Shown piece after piece: positions 9,783-19,296 of a DNA stretch of 64,000 nucleotides. The translations under genes were made by a program, and so were the position numbers. The stretch is from positions 41,413-105,412 of the forward strand of contig JAJYGF010000013.1 in the NCBI GenBank assembly GCA_021785125.1, in the 5' to 3' direction. The DNA comes from a bacterium. Its GTDB lineage: Bacteria; Patescibacteriota; Minisyncoccia; Moranbacterales; UBA2206. Under the pieces are notes generated by a model. The model did no database searches. It had not been told where the DNA came from and worked only from the letters and a program-made list of their open reading frames with translations. Each line of letters begins with the position of its first letter. The first letter of the stretch is position 1.

Positions 9783-10101
9783 ACACTAGAAACTTCGTCT
9801 CATCAAGCCTCTATTAGAAGGAAAATTGGCCCATCTAAGCCTCAAGATAAGTTTTCAAGTATCTACAGGCGAAAACAAAAAAGAACTCATTTTACCATTT
9901 TTTTAGTCACAATAGCGTCACAGTTTTTTTGCGCTAAAGAATGACGGGTAGGTTTTTAATGTCTAGCCAAAAGTCACATTGTGCCTTATTCTTTCTATAG
10001 ACCAGGATGTACTTCTTCTATTACTTTTTTGTCAAAATATCTGCAAAAACTCTATTACCGGTTGCAGAAGCATATAAGTTTAGTTATTAACGAAAATAGA
10101 T

Positions 10102-10434
10102 TTACACGTTTGCTCTGGCCGCAAAATTAAAACTATAGAAATAATTCTGCCAGGACTGATCGCCTGAGTGATATTCGTTTGAGAATATAAAATAGTCGGC
10201 TAACATCTCTCTGAGTCTTAATAATTCTCTAAGATGTTTTTTGTTTTTCTTATCGGCGATAGTTAAATCCAAAAGTTCCAAGGCGCGATCAAAAGCCATG
10301 ACGCAATATACTTGATTTCTTTTGTTCTTCCACTTGATAGCTCGCTCGACCTCGCTACCAATATTGGCCATTTGATCAAATAGTTCCATTTCATTCCAGC
10401 GACCAGAAGCTAATTGTTGATGTTGGTGATTCAT
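10102..10434 (-). CDS. conserved hypothetical helical protein
   Basis: 'QMANIGSEVERA...RALELLDLT...ELLRLRE'; coupled to the DUF5674-like gene. Confidence 0.75.
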   Translation of the reverse strand: MNHQHQQLASGRWNEMELFDQMANIGSEVERAIKWKNKRNQVYCVMAFDRALELLDLTIADKKNKKHLRELLRLREMLADYFIFSNEYHSGDQSWQNYFYSFNFAARANV

Positions 10435-10772
10435 TTTTCTATCAATTTATTTACAATTTTTATAATTTCCTCTTGTATTCTTTCATCATCCACTCCTCGG
10501 CTTCGATTACCCTGAGAAGGACGAAGATTGATCATAGAATCAAATTCAATAAAATCATCACCAGCCATTTCTGGATAGATGTTTATGCCCCACAGATTCT
10601 TCTGTTGTGATCCATTTTCTATAAGCAATGCTTCTTCATCCGCATGAAGTTCGCCATCCACTGCCATAATGTCCTTTTCCACGTCAACTACCGCCTTAAC
10701 TAAATTCCCGAACATCTTTTGTGACATTTCCTTGAGTTCTCCAATTGTTATTTTGTCTTTGATTATTTTCAT
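10431..10772 (-). CDS. DUF5674-like protein
   Basis: 'KAVVDVEK...GELHADEE..L.ENGSQQKNLWGINIYP...FDSMINLRPSQGNRSR'. Confidence 0.8.
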   Translation of the reverse strand: MKIIKDKITIGELKEMSQKMFGNLVKAVVDVEKDIMAVDGELHADEEALLIENGSQQKNLWGINIYPEMAGDDFIEFDSMINLRPSQGNRSRGVDDERIQEEIIKIVNKLIEK

Positions 10773-11072
10773 AAGTTCTTATTTATTAATACATTCTGAT
10801 TCTATTTCATTTTGGTAGTTTTGGAAAGTTTGGCTTAAATAAAAGAAAAAGCCGAGAGAGATTTCTCAGTCGGCTTTATAGGCTTTATTGCATTGGTTAG
10901 TTTCCCTACCGGCTTTTGATCTGAAATTCAATCAGGGTGCCTTCTTCTCTTTACTGTCAGTAAGGAGAAGCCCTATAAAAAAGAGCAGCTGATACCAACA
11001 AAAAGAAAACCCAGTCTCTTCGATAGGAGCCTATTAAGGGATAAACTCCCCGAGGCATTTGTATTCACGAAG

Positions 11073-11243
11073 ATGCGTACAGGCACGCACGACGGGAATG
11101 GTTTGTTATACATTCGGGCAAGATATTATTCACCTTCAATTGGCAGGTTCATAACAAAGGATCCGTTCAAGGGCGATGACAGAAGCACTCAGGGCTTGAA
11201 CAGATATATTTATGCGCTGAATAATCCGGTCCGGTTATTGTGA
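11073..11243 (+). pseudogene. RHS repeat-associated core fragment
   Basis: Translates to GNGLLYIRARYYSPSIGRFITKDP...GLNRYIYALNNPVRLL*; below the ORF-track cutoff. Confidence 0.85.
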
Positions 11244-11353
11244 CAAAGAAGTGATGAAACGGGTCTTTTCCTGCGACGAATAATAATGAGTAAGAATTGA
11301 GATATTGGCTTTAGATAAGACAGAATGCGGTCTGAAGAGTCTTATCTCGTTTG

Positions 11354-11429
11354 TACCGCCAAGGGGATTCGAACCCCTGATTTCCAGGATGAAAACCTGG
11401 CGTCCTGGACCGGGCTAGACGATGGCGGC
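11354..11429 (-). tRNA. tRNA-Glu(TTC)
   Basis: GCCGCCA/TGGCGGT acceptor stem, anticodon arm CCAGG-TTTTCAT-CCTGG, GGTTCGAATC. Confidence 0.96.
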
Positions 11430-11513
11430 ATGGTCTGAAACATTCAGAATAACAGTAGGAATCATAGCATAAAACAAAAATAAATCAAGATTCGGCCGGT
11501 TTCATCCATCTGA

Positions 11514-12919
11514 AGTATATTCCAATCCTAAGAAGATACCGAAATCATAATTGGGGTTTTCGATTAATTTGTTAAACCCCGGTTAATTTTTTTGAATAAT
11601 TCGTCTTTGGCTTGCATCATCTTTTTTCCAAAATCATTATCGCTTTCCGCATAAGCGATTTTATCCAAATCTTCAAAAGTTATTCCCGCTTTCAAATATT
11701 GAGAGGCCTGATCCAGCGACTTGAATTTTTCGTATGGAGTGAGAGTGATGTTGTATTTCTTTCGTATTTTTCCTTTTGCATCAATTCTTTCTTCAGCGAA
11801 CAAGCAGGGCCGGTGATAGTTGAGGTAAACGTTTACGTACGCGCGGTTGAACTCTTCGATCAATGACGCAAACTTTTGATCGATGAAATTTCTGCCGTAC
11901 AATTTTCTCACGATGCTGCCATTCTTTGATTCCACCAGAGCATTGTCATTGGTATGCCTGGCCCGGGATTTGCTTTGTTCGATTAAAAGTTCGGTCAGAA
12001 GCTCGGCCACAATCCTGTTGAGATATTCACTGCCGTTGTCGGAATGAAATTCGTAAACCTTGAAAGGAAACAATCCTAACAATTCTTTAAGCACCGGCTT
12101 CAAAAAATGATGGCTTATGCCCTCGACTGTGGCTATCATCTCATACTGCGTAACTTCGTCAACGAGATTGATATGGTAAACACCCTTCACTTTGTCTAAA
12201 TCACCCTGATGTACGCTGTCTACGCGCAAATAGCCGGGCTTGCCGTAAGGATTGGGCTTTCTCCTGATTCCGATATTTACATTTGTAGTCGGCGTATGCT
12301 TAAAAAACAGAGCCGGAGAACTTTTGTACTGTCGATTGTGATTGCGGAGATTGTACAGATGGGAGATTGAAATCCTGGCAATATTTGCGTATTCTTTTTT
12401 GCCAAAAATTTCTGATTCGCGGCGCAGGATTTCCTTGGTGGCTTTGCCGTTCAAGCATTGGTGGGTGATATCCGTATCAATCAGCCGCTCTATGTCAGTC
12501 GCGAAATATTTTACCGGAAATTTGTTTCGTTTTCTTCCCGGATTCCAGAAAAGAAGTCCTTTGCGCCAACGGTTAACCAATTTTTTGGTGTGTCCTCGGG
12601 AATAGCCGGTTAAAAATTTCAGATACCGGATGACAATTGCTTTTTCTTTTTTTCTAAGCTTAGCATACCCGGTCTTAATCAATACGGTTTTCAAAAACTC
12701 ATATTTTTCCGGATCGCTCCCGATCTCCATTTGGATGAAGTCGTTGGACTTCAAAAACTCCTCCATCTGGCCTATACTGCCAGTAGGCAAGTTATTCATA
12801 TTGATGTTCATACCTCCAATTATGAATATGACTTGCCTTCCTACAAAGTGAGCCTTTTCGGGCTCATTTTGTGTTGGAACGGAAACTCATTTGGGTATCA
12901 TCTTGCATTGAACAAGACT
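11514..12919 (-). mobile_element. insertion sequence (ISNCY/IS481-like) with imperfect terminal inverted repeats
   Basis: Left AGTATATTCCAATCCTAAGAAGATACCGAAA vs reverse complement of right AGTCTTGTTCAATGCAAGATGATACCCAAA; encloses a DDE transposase. Confidence 0.7.
11564..12811 (-). CDS. DDE transposase (integrase core domain)
   Basis: 'PGYLRVDSVHQG', 'FHSDNGSEYLN', 'SRARHTNDNALVESKN', 'YLNYHRP'. Confidence 0.92.
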   Translation of the reverse strand: MNINMNNLPTGSIGQMEEFLKSNDFIQMEIGSDPEKYEFLKTVLIKTGYAKLRKKEKAIVIRYLKFLTGYSRGHTKKLVNRWRKGLLFWNPGRKRNKFPVKYFATDIERLIDTDITHQCLNGKATKEILRRESEIFGKKEYANIARISISHLYNLRNHNRQYKSSPALFFKHTPTTNVNIGIRRKPNPYGKPGYLRVDSVHQGDLDKVKGVYHINLVDEVTQYEMIATVEGISHHFLKPVLKELLGLFPFKVYEFHSDNGSEYLNRIVAELLTELLIEQSKSRARHTNDNALVESKNGSIVRKLYGRNFIDQKFASLIEEFNRAYVNVYLNYHRPCLFAEERIDAKGKIRKKYNITLTPYEKFKSLDQASQYLKAGITFEDLDKIAYAESDNDFGKKMMQAKDELFKKINRGLTN

Positions 12920-12990
12920 AAAAGTTGACATTTTGTGGTAAATAATTTATTATCAACTGAAACAAAAAACAGGTAAATATTAATAATCTT

Positions 12991-14286
12991 ATGGACAAGA
13001 ATATATATTTGCATGAGAATTCTTCAATAATAGCCTTAGATCCAAATGAAGCTAGTTTTGAAGTCGTAGAAAGAAAATTCCGTGGTCATCCTGACTCAAT
13101 GGCCGATATGGTGGCACAGTCATTTACACAGAAATATATCAAGAGTGCGTGGGAAAAAATACCTGAACTTTCCAATATTTATTTTCCAAATTTTTCTTCA
13201 GACAAAGTAGTTTTATCTGGTGCAAGTACAAGGTGTGTAAATGGAAAATGCGAAATTATTAAGCCGGTAGATGCTTTGCTCATAGGCAAAATAACAGAGA
13301 AAATTGGAAATATAGAAATAGATATAGATGCAATTTTTAAAGATTCCGTTGAAACTGTATTAAGCAGATGTCTAGGACACAATGATTTCAAGCCATATGT
13401 AAATAGAAAGACATATTCAATATCATTCGCAGGAGCTGACCATGATAAGGGATTTTACAATCCAAGTTCAGTAGCTGATTTGTTGAAAATACTTAAAAAT
13501 GAGACACATGCAAATGATACGGTTTATGTTGTAGCGTATTCACCATTAAGTGTATCAGAAAAGCTTGTAATCTATCTGGATAATCTTACGGCATCAAAAG
13601 AATTCAAAAAGTTATTTCCAGAGATTGGTTCGGATATTAAAGCGATGGTTCGCAGAAGATCATCGGATTTCGAAATCACAATGTGTTTACCGGTTTTTCC
13701 AGAAAAAATTCAAGATAATCAGCTATATAATCGTATCATTAAAGAAGCTACAAAATATATCCATAAAGAAATTATCCTCTTTCTTGAAAAAAACACTCGA
13801 TATTTCAAAAAACCAACAATAAAACTGTGGACTAATACTAAGGATACAAAGGATAAAAAATATTATGCAATTTGGGGTACCGCTCTTTCAAAAGGTGACG
13901 TTGGGGCGGTTGGACGTGGAAATCGGCAACAAGGATTTATAAGTGGCGTGCGGCCAAGCACGAATGAGGCTATGTCGGGAAAAAATCCAAATCATTTTGC
14001 GGGAATTGTGTATCAGCTTGTTGCAGAAAATATCTCAAAATTGATTTTTGACGAACTTGGGCAAAAAAACGCCATATACATTACTGCGAACAATGGAGAT
14101 TTTTTAGAACATCCGAATTCTATAGATGTAATCCTAGAAAAAAATAGCTTATATCAAAAAGAAGCAATTTCTAAAATCGTAAAAAAATCATTAAAGTTGA
14201 TCCCTGAGTTCCGCATGAATTTCATAAATTCTGATCCATACGAGAGATTCATGAGTTCCAATATGCTTTCACGTAAGGTTAAATGA
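12991..14286 (+). CDS. archaeal-type S-adenosylmethionine synthetase
   Basis: VERKFRGHPDSMAD, ANDT, GSDIKAM, GDVGAVGRGNR, EAMSGKNPNH. Confidence 0.88.
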   Translation: MDKNIYLHENSSIIALDPNEASFEVVERKFRGHPDSMADMVAQSFTQKYIKSAWEKIPELSNIYFPNFSSDKVVLSGASTRCVNGKCEIIKPVDALLIGKITEKIGNIEIDIDAIFKDSVETVLSRCLGHNDFKPYVNRKTYSISFAGADHDKGFYNPSSVADLLKILKNETHANDTVYVVAYSPLSVSEKLVIYLDNLTASKEFKKLFPEIGSDIKAMVRRRSSDFEITMCLPVFPEKIQDNQLYNRIIKEATKYIHKEIILFLEKNTRYFKKPTIKLWTNTKDTKDKKYYAIWGTALSKGDVGAVGRGNRQQGFISGVRPSTNEAMSGKNPNHFAGIVYQLVAENISKLIFDELGQKNAIYITANNGDFLEHPNSIDVILEKNSLYQKEAISKIVKKSLKLIPEFRMNFINSDPYERFMSSNMLSRKVK

Positions 14287-14430
14287 TTCGATGAGGTTAA
14301 TAGTTATAGCGAAAAGAATCGATTAGATTTTTTTCGCTGCAACTATACTATTTTGATAGTTGGAGTTGATCATTGACAATTTAAAAATAAGACAGTAAAC
14401 AACAAACAACAAAGAAAGGAGTTGAGAGGC

Positions 14431-15900
14431 ATGGCTTACAGAGATGCAGACAAGGTGATATCTAGAATTGGTATAACACCAGTAGGAAGTGCGAAGTATC
14501 GCGTCAATAGATTGCGGTTTCATCTTTTAGCCTATGCAATAACAAGAAAGTTCCAGTTGGCTGGAAAAGAAGCCGCATTTTTTATAAGATGCGATGACAC
14601 TGACAGTAGTAATGTAAATCTTGCATTTCTAGATTCGTATCTGGAAGTGCTGTTCTCATTGGGAGTTGTGCCGAATTTAACCCCCTATGACAAAGATAGT
14701 GGGGGCTTCTCCCTTTTCCAGTCCAAAAGAGGCGATCTTTATAAGATGTTTATAGACCGTCTTTTGGAATCCGGCTTGGCATTTAAGGATTCTACCGGGG
14801 CAATCTTTTTTCACACAGAAGAGTTTTCGAGGAGATTTCAGGGTTTATTAACAGATAATAAACTTGAAGTTGAGGATGCTTCAATCGGAAGCTTCGCTGT
14901 TGATATCCGAACTCCGCTGAAAGAAAAAAGCGGTAAAATTGGGCTGATTTCATTTCCCTTAGTGCGAGCAAATGGAACATATCTCTTCAGTCTGTGTTCG
15001 CCAGTGGACGATGGGGTGATGGGAATTACACATGTTGTAAGGGACCGGGATAAACTCGATTTACTTTCGAGACAGGAAATGGTTAGGATTTCACTGGGAT
15101 TTCCGTCCATAACATATGTCCATGTTCCGTTGCTTGTTAACCAAGACGGCAAGAGATTTGTTTGTGATGAGTACTGGGGAGATGCTACATTTCAGGATTT
15201 TGTAGCCAAAGGAATATTTCCCAAGGCGTTAGTGTCGTATCTTCTTTCTGGATTCTTTGGTCCGTCAGAGAAGTATTACTCATCAATTGAAGATTTTGCT
15301 TCCCAAATAAATCTTGGGCGACTTCATCAGTCCAATACAGTCTTTGATGAGTCGGTTCTTAAGCAACACAACAAAAAAGCATTGGAAGGTTCTTCGGTGC
15401 TGGAGTACGAAACAGCACTAAAAAACTTCCTTGCTGGCGATAACCCAGTGGCCCTTGATTGTCTTAAATCAGATTCAGATATGCTGGAAATGATGATAAG
15501 AATGAAGAGGGGGCTATCAGAAACAGGCGACATTATCCATAGCTTGTCTCAATTTCTGCACGACGATCCGGACATCAAGCACATAAGAATACTAAATACG
15601 ATTATCACCTTCTTTTTACAGAAAGAGAGTGGGATGCGGGATCATTCTTGTGCAAATTTCATGCTTGAAATGGCTACGGAGCATGCGAAAAACCTTGGTA
15701 CTTCCAGAAAGGAATATTATAAGGCGTTAAGATATATTCTTACTGGCAAATACCAAGGGTGTGATTTGCATGAGGTAGTGGGGTATCTGGAAAAGAAGGG
15801 AGTTGTGATGGCGAGGATAAAAGCTACAAGAAACGAGCTGATAAAACGCAATCTCCTAATGGAATCTAGGAGTCACACTTTAAGCAGGAGGTTAGAATGA
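14431..15900 (+). CDS. glutamyl-tRNA synthetase paralog with degenerate HIGH/KMSKS motifs
   Basis: IRCDDTD, QSKR, VDDGVMGITHVVR, HVPLL, C-terminal LRYILTG helical domain; HIGH region reads ITPVGSAKYRVN and KLSKR reads RFVCD. Confidence 0.85.
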   Translation: MAYRDADKVISRIGITPVGSAKYRVNRLRFHLLAYAITRKFQLAGKEAAFFIRCDDTDSSNVNLAFLDSYLEVLFSLGVVPNLTPYDKDSGGFSLFQSKRGDLYKMFIDRLLESGLAFKDSTGAIFFHTEEFSRRFQGLLTDNKLEVEDASIGSFAVDIRTPLKEKSGKIGLISFPLVRANGTYLFSLCSPVDDGVMGITHVVRDRDKLDLLSRQEMVRISLGFPSITYVHVPLLVNQDGKRFVCDEYWGDATFQDFVAKGIFPKALVSYLLSGFFGPSEKYYSSIEDFASQINLGRLHQSNTVFDESVLKQHNKKALEGSSVLEYETALKNFLAGDNPVALDCLKSDSDMLEMMIRMKRGLSETGDIIHSLSQFLHDDPDIKHIRILNTIITFFLQKESGMRDHSCANFMLEMATEHAKNLGTSRKEYYKALRYILTGKYQGCDLHEVVGYLEKKGVVMARIKATRNELIKRNLLMESRSHTLSRRLE

Positions 15901-16787
15901 AAACCGTGTTAAAGGTTGGTAGGTATAACGTGATGCTTGTAGTTGCAGATAGTCTCAGATATGATCTGGCTCAAAAGGCTAAGACTCCATTTCTGAACAA
16001 GCTCTCGGCACTAAGATTGGCAGAGGCACCTGCGACATACACACTGCCATCACACATGTCTTTCTTTGTTGGCATTCTCCCTGTATTGATTGATGGTAAT
16101 CCCGAATTTTTGCCGGGAATTCGTCAGCTCTGGAGGTCTGTTAATGCCAGGGAAAGCGATAAATCGTCCGCCGTTATTTTTCAGGGAGAAACAATTATCG
16201 ACTACTACGTAAGGAATCAATATGAAGTGCTTGGTGCGGGGGGCGTGTCCTTTTTCAGTGGGGCCAAAGATAATATTTTGCCCAAGCTTTTTCCAAAGTT
16301 TCTTCACTTTGAAAAGCCGGCAAACTTACCAAGGGATGCCAACGTGCCTCGCAACATGAGACAATTTCCACTGGCAAACATCGGAAGACTTATGGATAAT
16401 CTGAATTTTTCAAATCCATTTTTCCTTTTTATTAATTGTCCTGAAACACATATGCCCTATGATTCTCCCGGCGTTGAAATTACGGAGAGTTATAAAATGG
16501 CGATAAAAAAACTTTACGCCATTGACAATGTCAAACATTGTCCGGTAAGGGATCAGGATAAGTTGACGGAAGAGGAGAGGCGGATACTAATGGATGCCCA
16601 GAGACAATCGCTCGAGTGGATAGATCGGATGACTGAGGATCTGCATAGCAGAATACACAACGGACTACCTACGCTCGTGGTTGTCATGGGAGATCATGGT
16701 GATGAATTCGGAGAAGGAGGAAGGTATGGCCATGCTCATTACCATTCTTCAGTAATGCATGTCCCACTTTGGTGTGGTATGCTATGA
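15897..16787 (+). CDS. alkaline phosphatase/sulfatase-superfamily hydrolase (STM4013-like)
   Basis: DSLRYD, TYTLPSH, FLFIN.PETHMPY, GDHGDEFGE..YGH, VPL. Confidence 0.85.
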   Translation: MKTVLKVGRYNVMLVVADSLRYDLAQKAKTPFLNKLSALRLAEAPATYTLPSHMSFFVGILPVLIDGNPEFLPGIRQLWRSVNARESDKSSAVIFQGETIIDYYVRNQYEVLGAGGVSFFSGAKDNILPKLFPKFLHFEKPANLPRDANVPRNMRQFPLANIGRLMDNLNFSNPFFLFINCPETHMPYDSPGVEITESYKMAIKKLYAIDNVKHCPVRDQDKLTEEERRILMDAQRQSLEWIDRMTEDLHSRIHNGLPTLVVVMGDHGDEFGEGGRYGHAHYHSSVMHVPLWCGML

Positions 16788-17416
16788 TAAGGAGTAAGAA
16801 TATGTTCAACGGAAATATGTATAAAAAGGTCATACTCAACGGTGGTTACCCGGATAGGGCCCCAGATGGCGGACTTGCTTTCTGTAGGGAAGTAACAGGT
16901 GGACTGAGTCAGCCGGTGAAAATTTTGGAATGCCTTTTTGGGCGGGAAAAGAATACTTGGGATTCAGCTCTTAAAAAAGATGTTGAGCTGTTTCACAATG
17001 TATTGGCAGGTGTTCAGGTTGAATTTCAGATAGCCAAAGAAAGAACGCTTGTTGACCAGATTGGATGGGCAGATGTAGTTTACTTTCGTGGAGGTTACAC
17101 CCAAAGACTTTATGATGTTCTTAGTGTCATTCCTCAATGGCAGGATGCGTTAAAGAATAAAGTTGTTGTCGGGTCTTCTGCCGGTGCGTATATACTTTCA
17201 GAAGTATATGTTCATGCTGCAGAAAAGCCTGAGGCAAGAAAGGGATTTGGCCTGGTCCAAATTAAAACAGTTGCCCATTATCGTTCGACATTTTTCCATA
17301 ATGGAGATCACGATAAGGCACGACAATATTGGGACATGGTTGATGAACTTCTTGAAAATTTAGGCCCTCACTTGGAAATGATGAAGCTGGGAGAGGGCGA
17401 ATTCAGAGTTCTGTAA
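16784..17416 (+). CDS. peptidase E / S51 family (class I GATase-like) protein
   Basis: ADVVYFRGG, VVGSSAGA nucleophile elbow, AHY; alternative start at 16802 after AAGGAG. Confidence 0.85.
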   Translation: MIRSKNMFNGNMYKKVILNGGYPDRAPDGGLAFCREVTGGLSQPVKILECLFGREKNTWDSALKKDVELFHNVLAGVQVEFQIAKERTLVDQIGWADVVYFRGGYTQRLYDVLSVIPQWQDALKNKVVVGSSAGAYILSEVYVHAAEKPEARKGFGLVQIKTVAHYRSTFFHNGDHDKARQYWDMVDELLENLGPHLEMMKLGEGEFRVL

Positions 17417-17787
17417 TCCCTTTATTATCAACAATTAGGCGGGGTACTTCCTTGGAAGATATCCCGCTTTTATTTTGTAAATTAAAAAATTGTAGGTTAA
17501 AGTTTTATGTAATTTATGTCTTCAGATTTAAATCTGGAATGTAAACATACTCATTTCTTTTCATAAAAATAGTTCTAACATCATTTACTACCCCGTGCTT
17601 TGAAAGTTTTGTCAAAATTGAGGCTTGCAGAAGCCTCTTTTTTGGTTCTAACTTTTATAATACTTACTTTAAAAATGCCCGATCTATTGAACCATTACGT
17701 TGCTATTGACAACTTATAAAAATTTATGCTATGGTAATGGACTGATTGTGTTGTATCTGAAACAAATCAAAAACCAAGGAGGGACAT

Positions 17788-18342
17788 ATGCAAGACAAAG
17801 AAGAAAGGGTTCTTTCAAAAAAGGAAAAGCGGTTACTGGCAAACGCAAACCTGACACCTAGGGTAGAAAGGTTTGTCCGAGGGATATGGTCCAAAGAAAA
17901 GGAACCTGCTGCCAGCGGAGTGATAGGCGGAATAATAACTTCTGTCATCGCTGTAGCGTTGATACCCACATTGATTTTCATCCTGGGTGCCAACATTTTC
18001 CACTGGGCCTCAGTTCCGAAGGGCTTCGAGAACATAGCCTTTTTCGTAATATGGATACTCTTCGTGGTCGTAGCGCTGATATTTTCTATCGCGCGGTATT
18101 TCATGGTAAATGATATGGAGCCTTCCTCTATTTTGAGCTACCAGTCGATAAAAACCCTGGTGGGCGGCAACATATTCTATGCATATTACTCGAGGCTAAC
18201 GGTCTTAGTTCTCATCTGTCTGATTGCGTATAGAGGAGAGCTAATTACAGCCGCCGCCTTGCTCATAGTGTGGATAATCGGACTTGCATCAAACTCAGCG
18301 CTAAAAGGCAGGATTAAAACGGCAATAGAAGCGCTGGAATAA
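17788..18342 (+). CDS. hypothetical membrane protein
   Basis: GGAGG RBS, TTGACA-17nt-TATGGT promoter, about 4 TM helices. Confidence 0.7.
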   Translation: MQDKEERVLSKKEKRLLANANLTPRVERFVRGIWSKEKEPAASGVIGGIITSVIAVALIPTLIFILGANIFHWASVPKGFENIAFFVIWILFVVVALIFSIARYFMVNDMEPSSILSYQSIKTLVGGNIFYAYYSRLTVLVLICLIAYRGELITAAALLIVWIIGLASNSALKGRIKTAIEALE

Positions 18343-18478
18343 CAGTTTCTGCCCATAACTAAAAAACGGGAAGCTTGGTCAACATTGCCACTTCCCGTTT
18401 TATTTTTGAAAAATAAACTCCTTCGAAGATTCGGAGCGTGTGATTAATAAATTTTAAAGAATATTGTATTATTGTCAT

Positions 18479-19078
18479 ATGAGCAAAATACATACAACCG
18501 ATAAGCTTATAATTTTTGAGGATATTAAGAGTCCGCAAGAGCTGTTGGCTTTTATGAAGAAAAATATAGCATATGGTTTTATTGGGAAAAGCAATCGAAG
18601 GGTATATTCTTCGAAGGATGATATGTATGATAATTTTAGCAATGAATATTTTTTGCAAAGTCCTGAAGAATTGATAAAAAGTGGACACGGGGTTTGTTGG
18701 GATGACGCTGAGCTAGAAAGACATTGGTTTGGAAAAAATGGTTATAATTTTAAAGTATTTTTTATAATCTTTAATAAGGAATATGAAAACAATTTGCCAA
18801 CACATTCTTTTTTGGCTTACATGGAAAGGGATAAGTGGTTTTGGTTTGAATATTCATTTAGTGTCCATAGGGGTATCCATGAGTATGATAGTTTGGAAGA
18901 TTTGATTTCGGATGTAAAGAAAAAACATTTCGATTATGCCATTAAACATCGCGAAGCAACGATTGAAGATGAGAAAGATTTGATGATTTTCGAATTTGAA
19001 AAACCAAAATATGGCTCAAGCCCACAAGGATTTGTTGATCAGGCTATGGGTGGAAAAGTAATTACTTTAGAAAATTAG
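18479..19078 (+). CDS. transglutaminase-like cysteine protease domain protein
   Basis: LQSPEEL..GVCWD, PTHSFL, WFE (Cys-His-Glu triad pattern). Confidence 0.75.
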   Translation: MSKIHTTDKLIIFEDIKSPQELLAFMKKNIAYGFIGKSNRRVYSSKDDMYDNFSNEYFLQSPEELIKSGHGVCWDDAELERHWFGKNGYNFKVFFIIFNKEYENNLPTHSFLAYMERDKWFWFEYSFSVHRGIHEYDSLEDLISDVKKKHFDYAIKHREATIEDEKDLMIFEFEKPKYGSSPQGFVDQAMGGKVITLEN

Positions 19079-19296
19079 GCAGTCCTTTTTACTCATAAAA
19101 TAGTTCTAACGTCCCTGACCGTGGTGTGCATTTAAATTCAAGGCTTGTTTGAGCCTTGTTTTTGTTTAGGGTGGTGGGAAGTTAGAATTAAAATATAAAA
19201 CACTTGCTTTTTTAGTTTTTTTACACTAACCTTTTTGATATGGTAAAGGACATTCCAAACTAAATAAGAGGAGATAAAACGTGGATACGACGGATA

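Noticed and set aside
11010-11035. SAM-I riboswitch-like start (CCTATCGAAGAG on the minus strand)
   Set aside because: The kink-turn, GCAAC and closing GAT elements were not found; kept only as a generic structured-RNA candidate.
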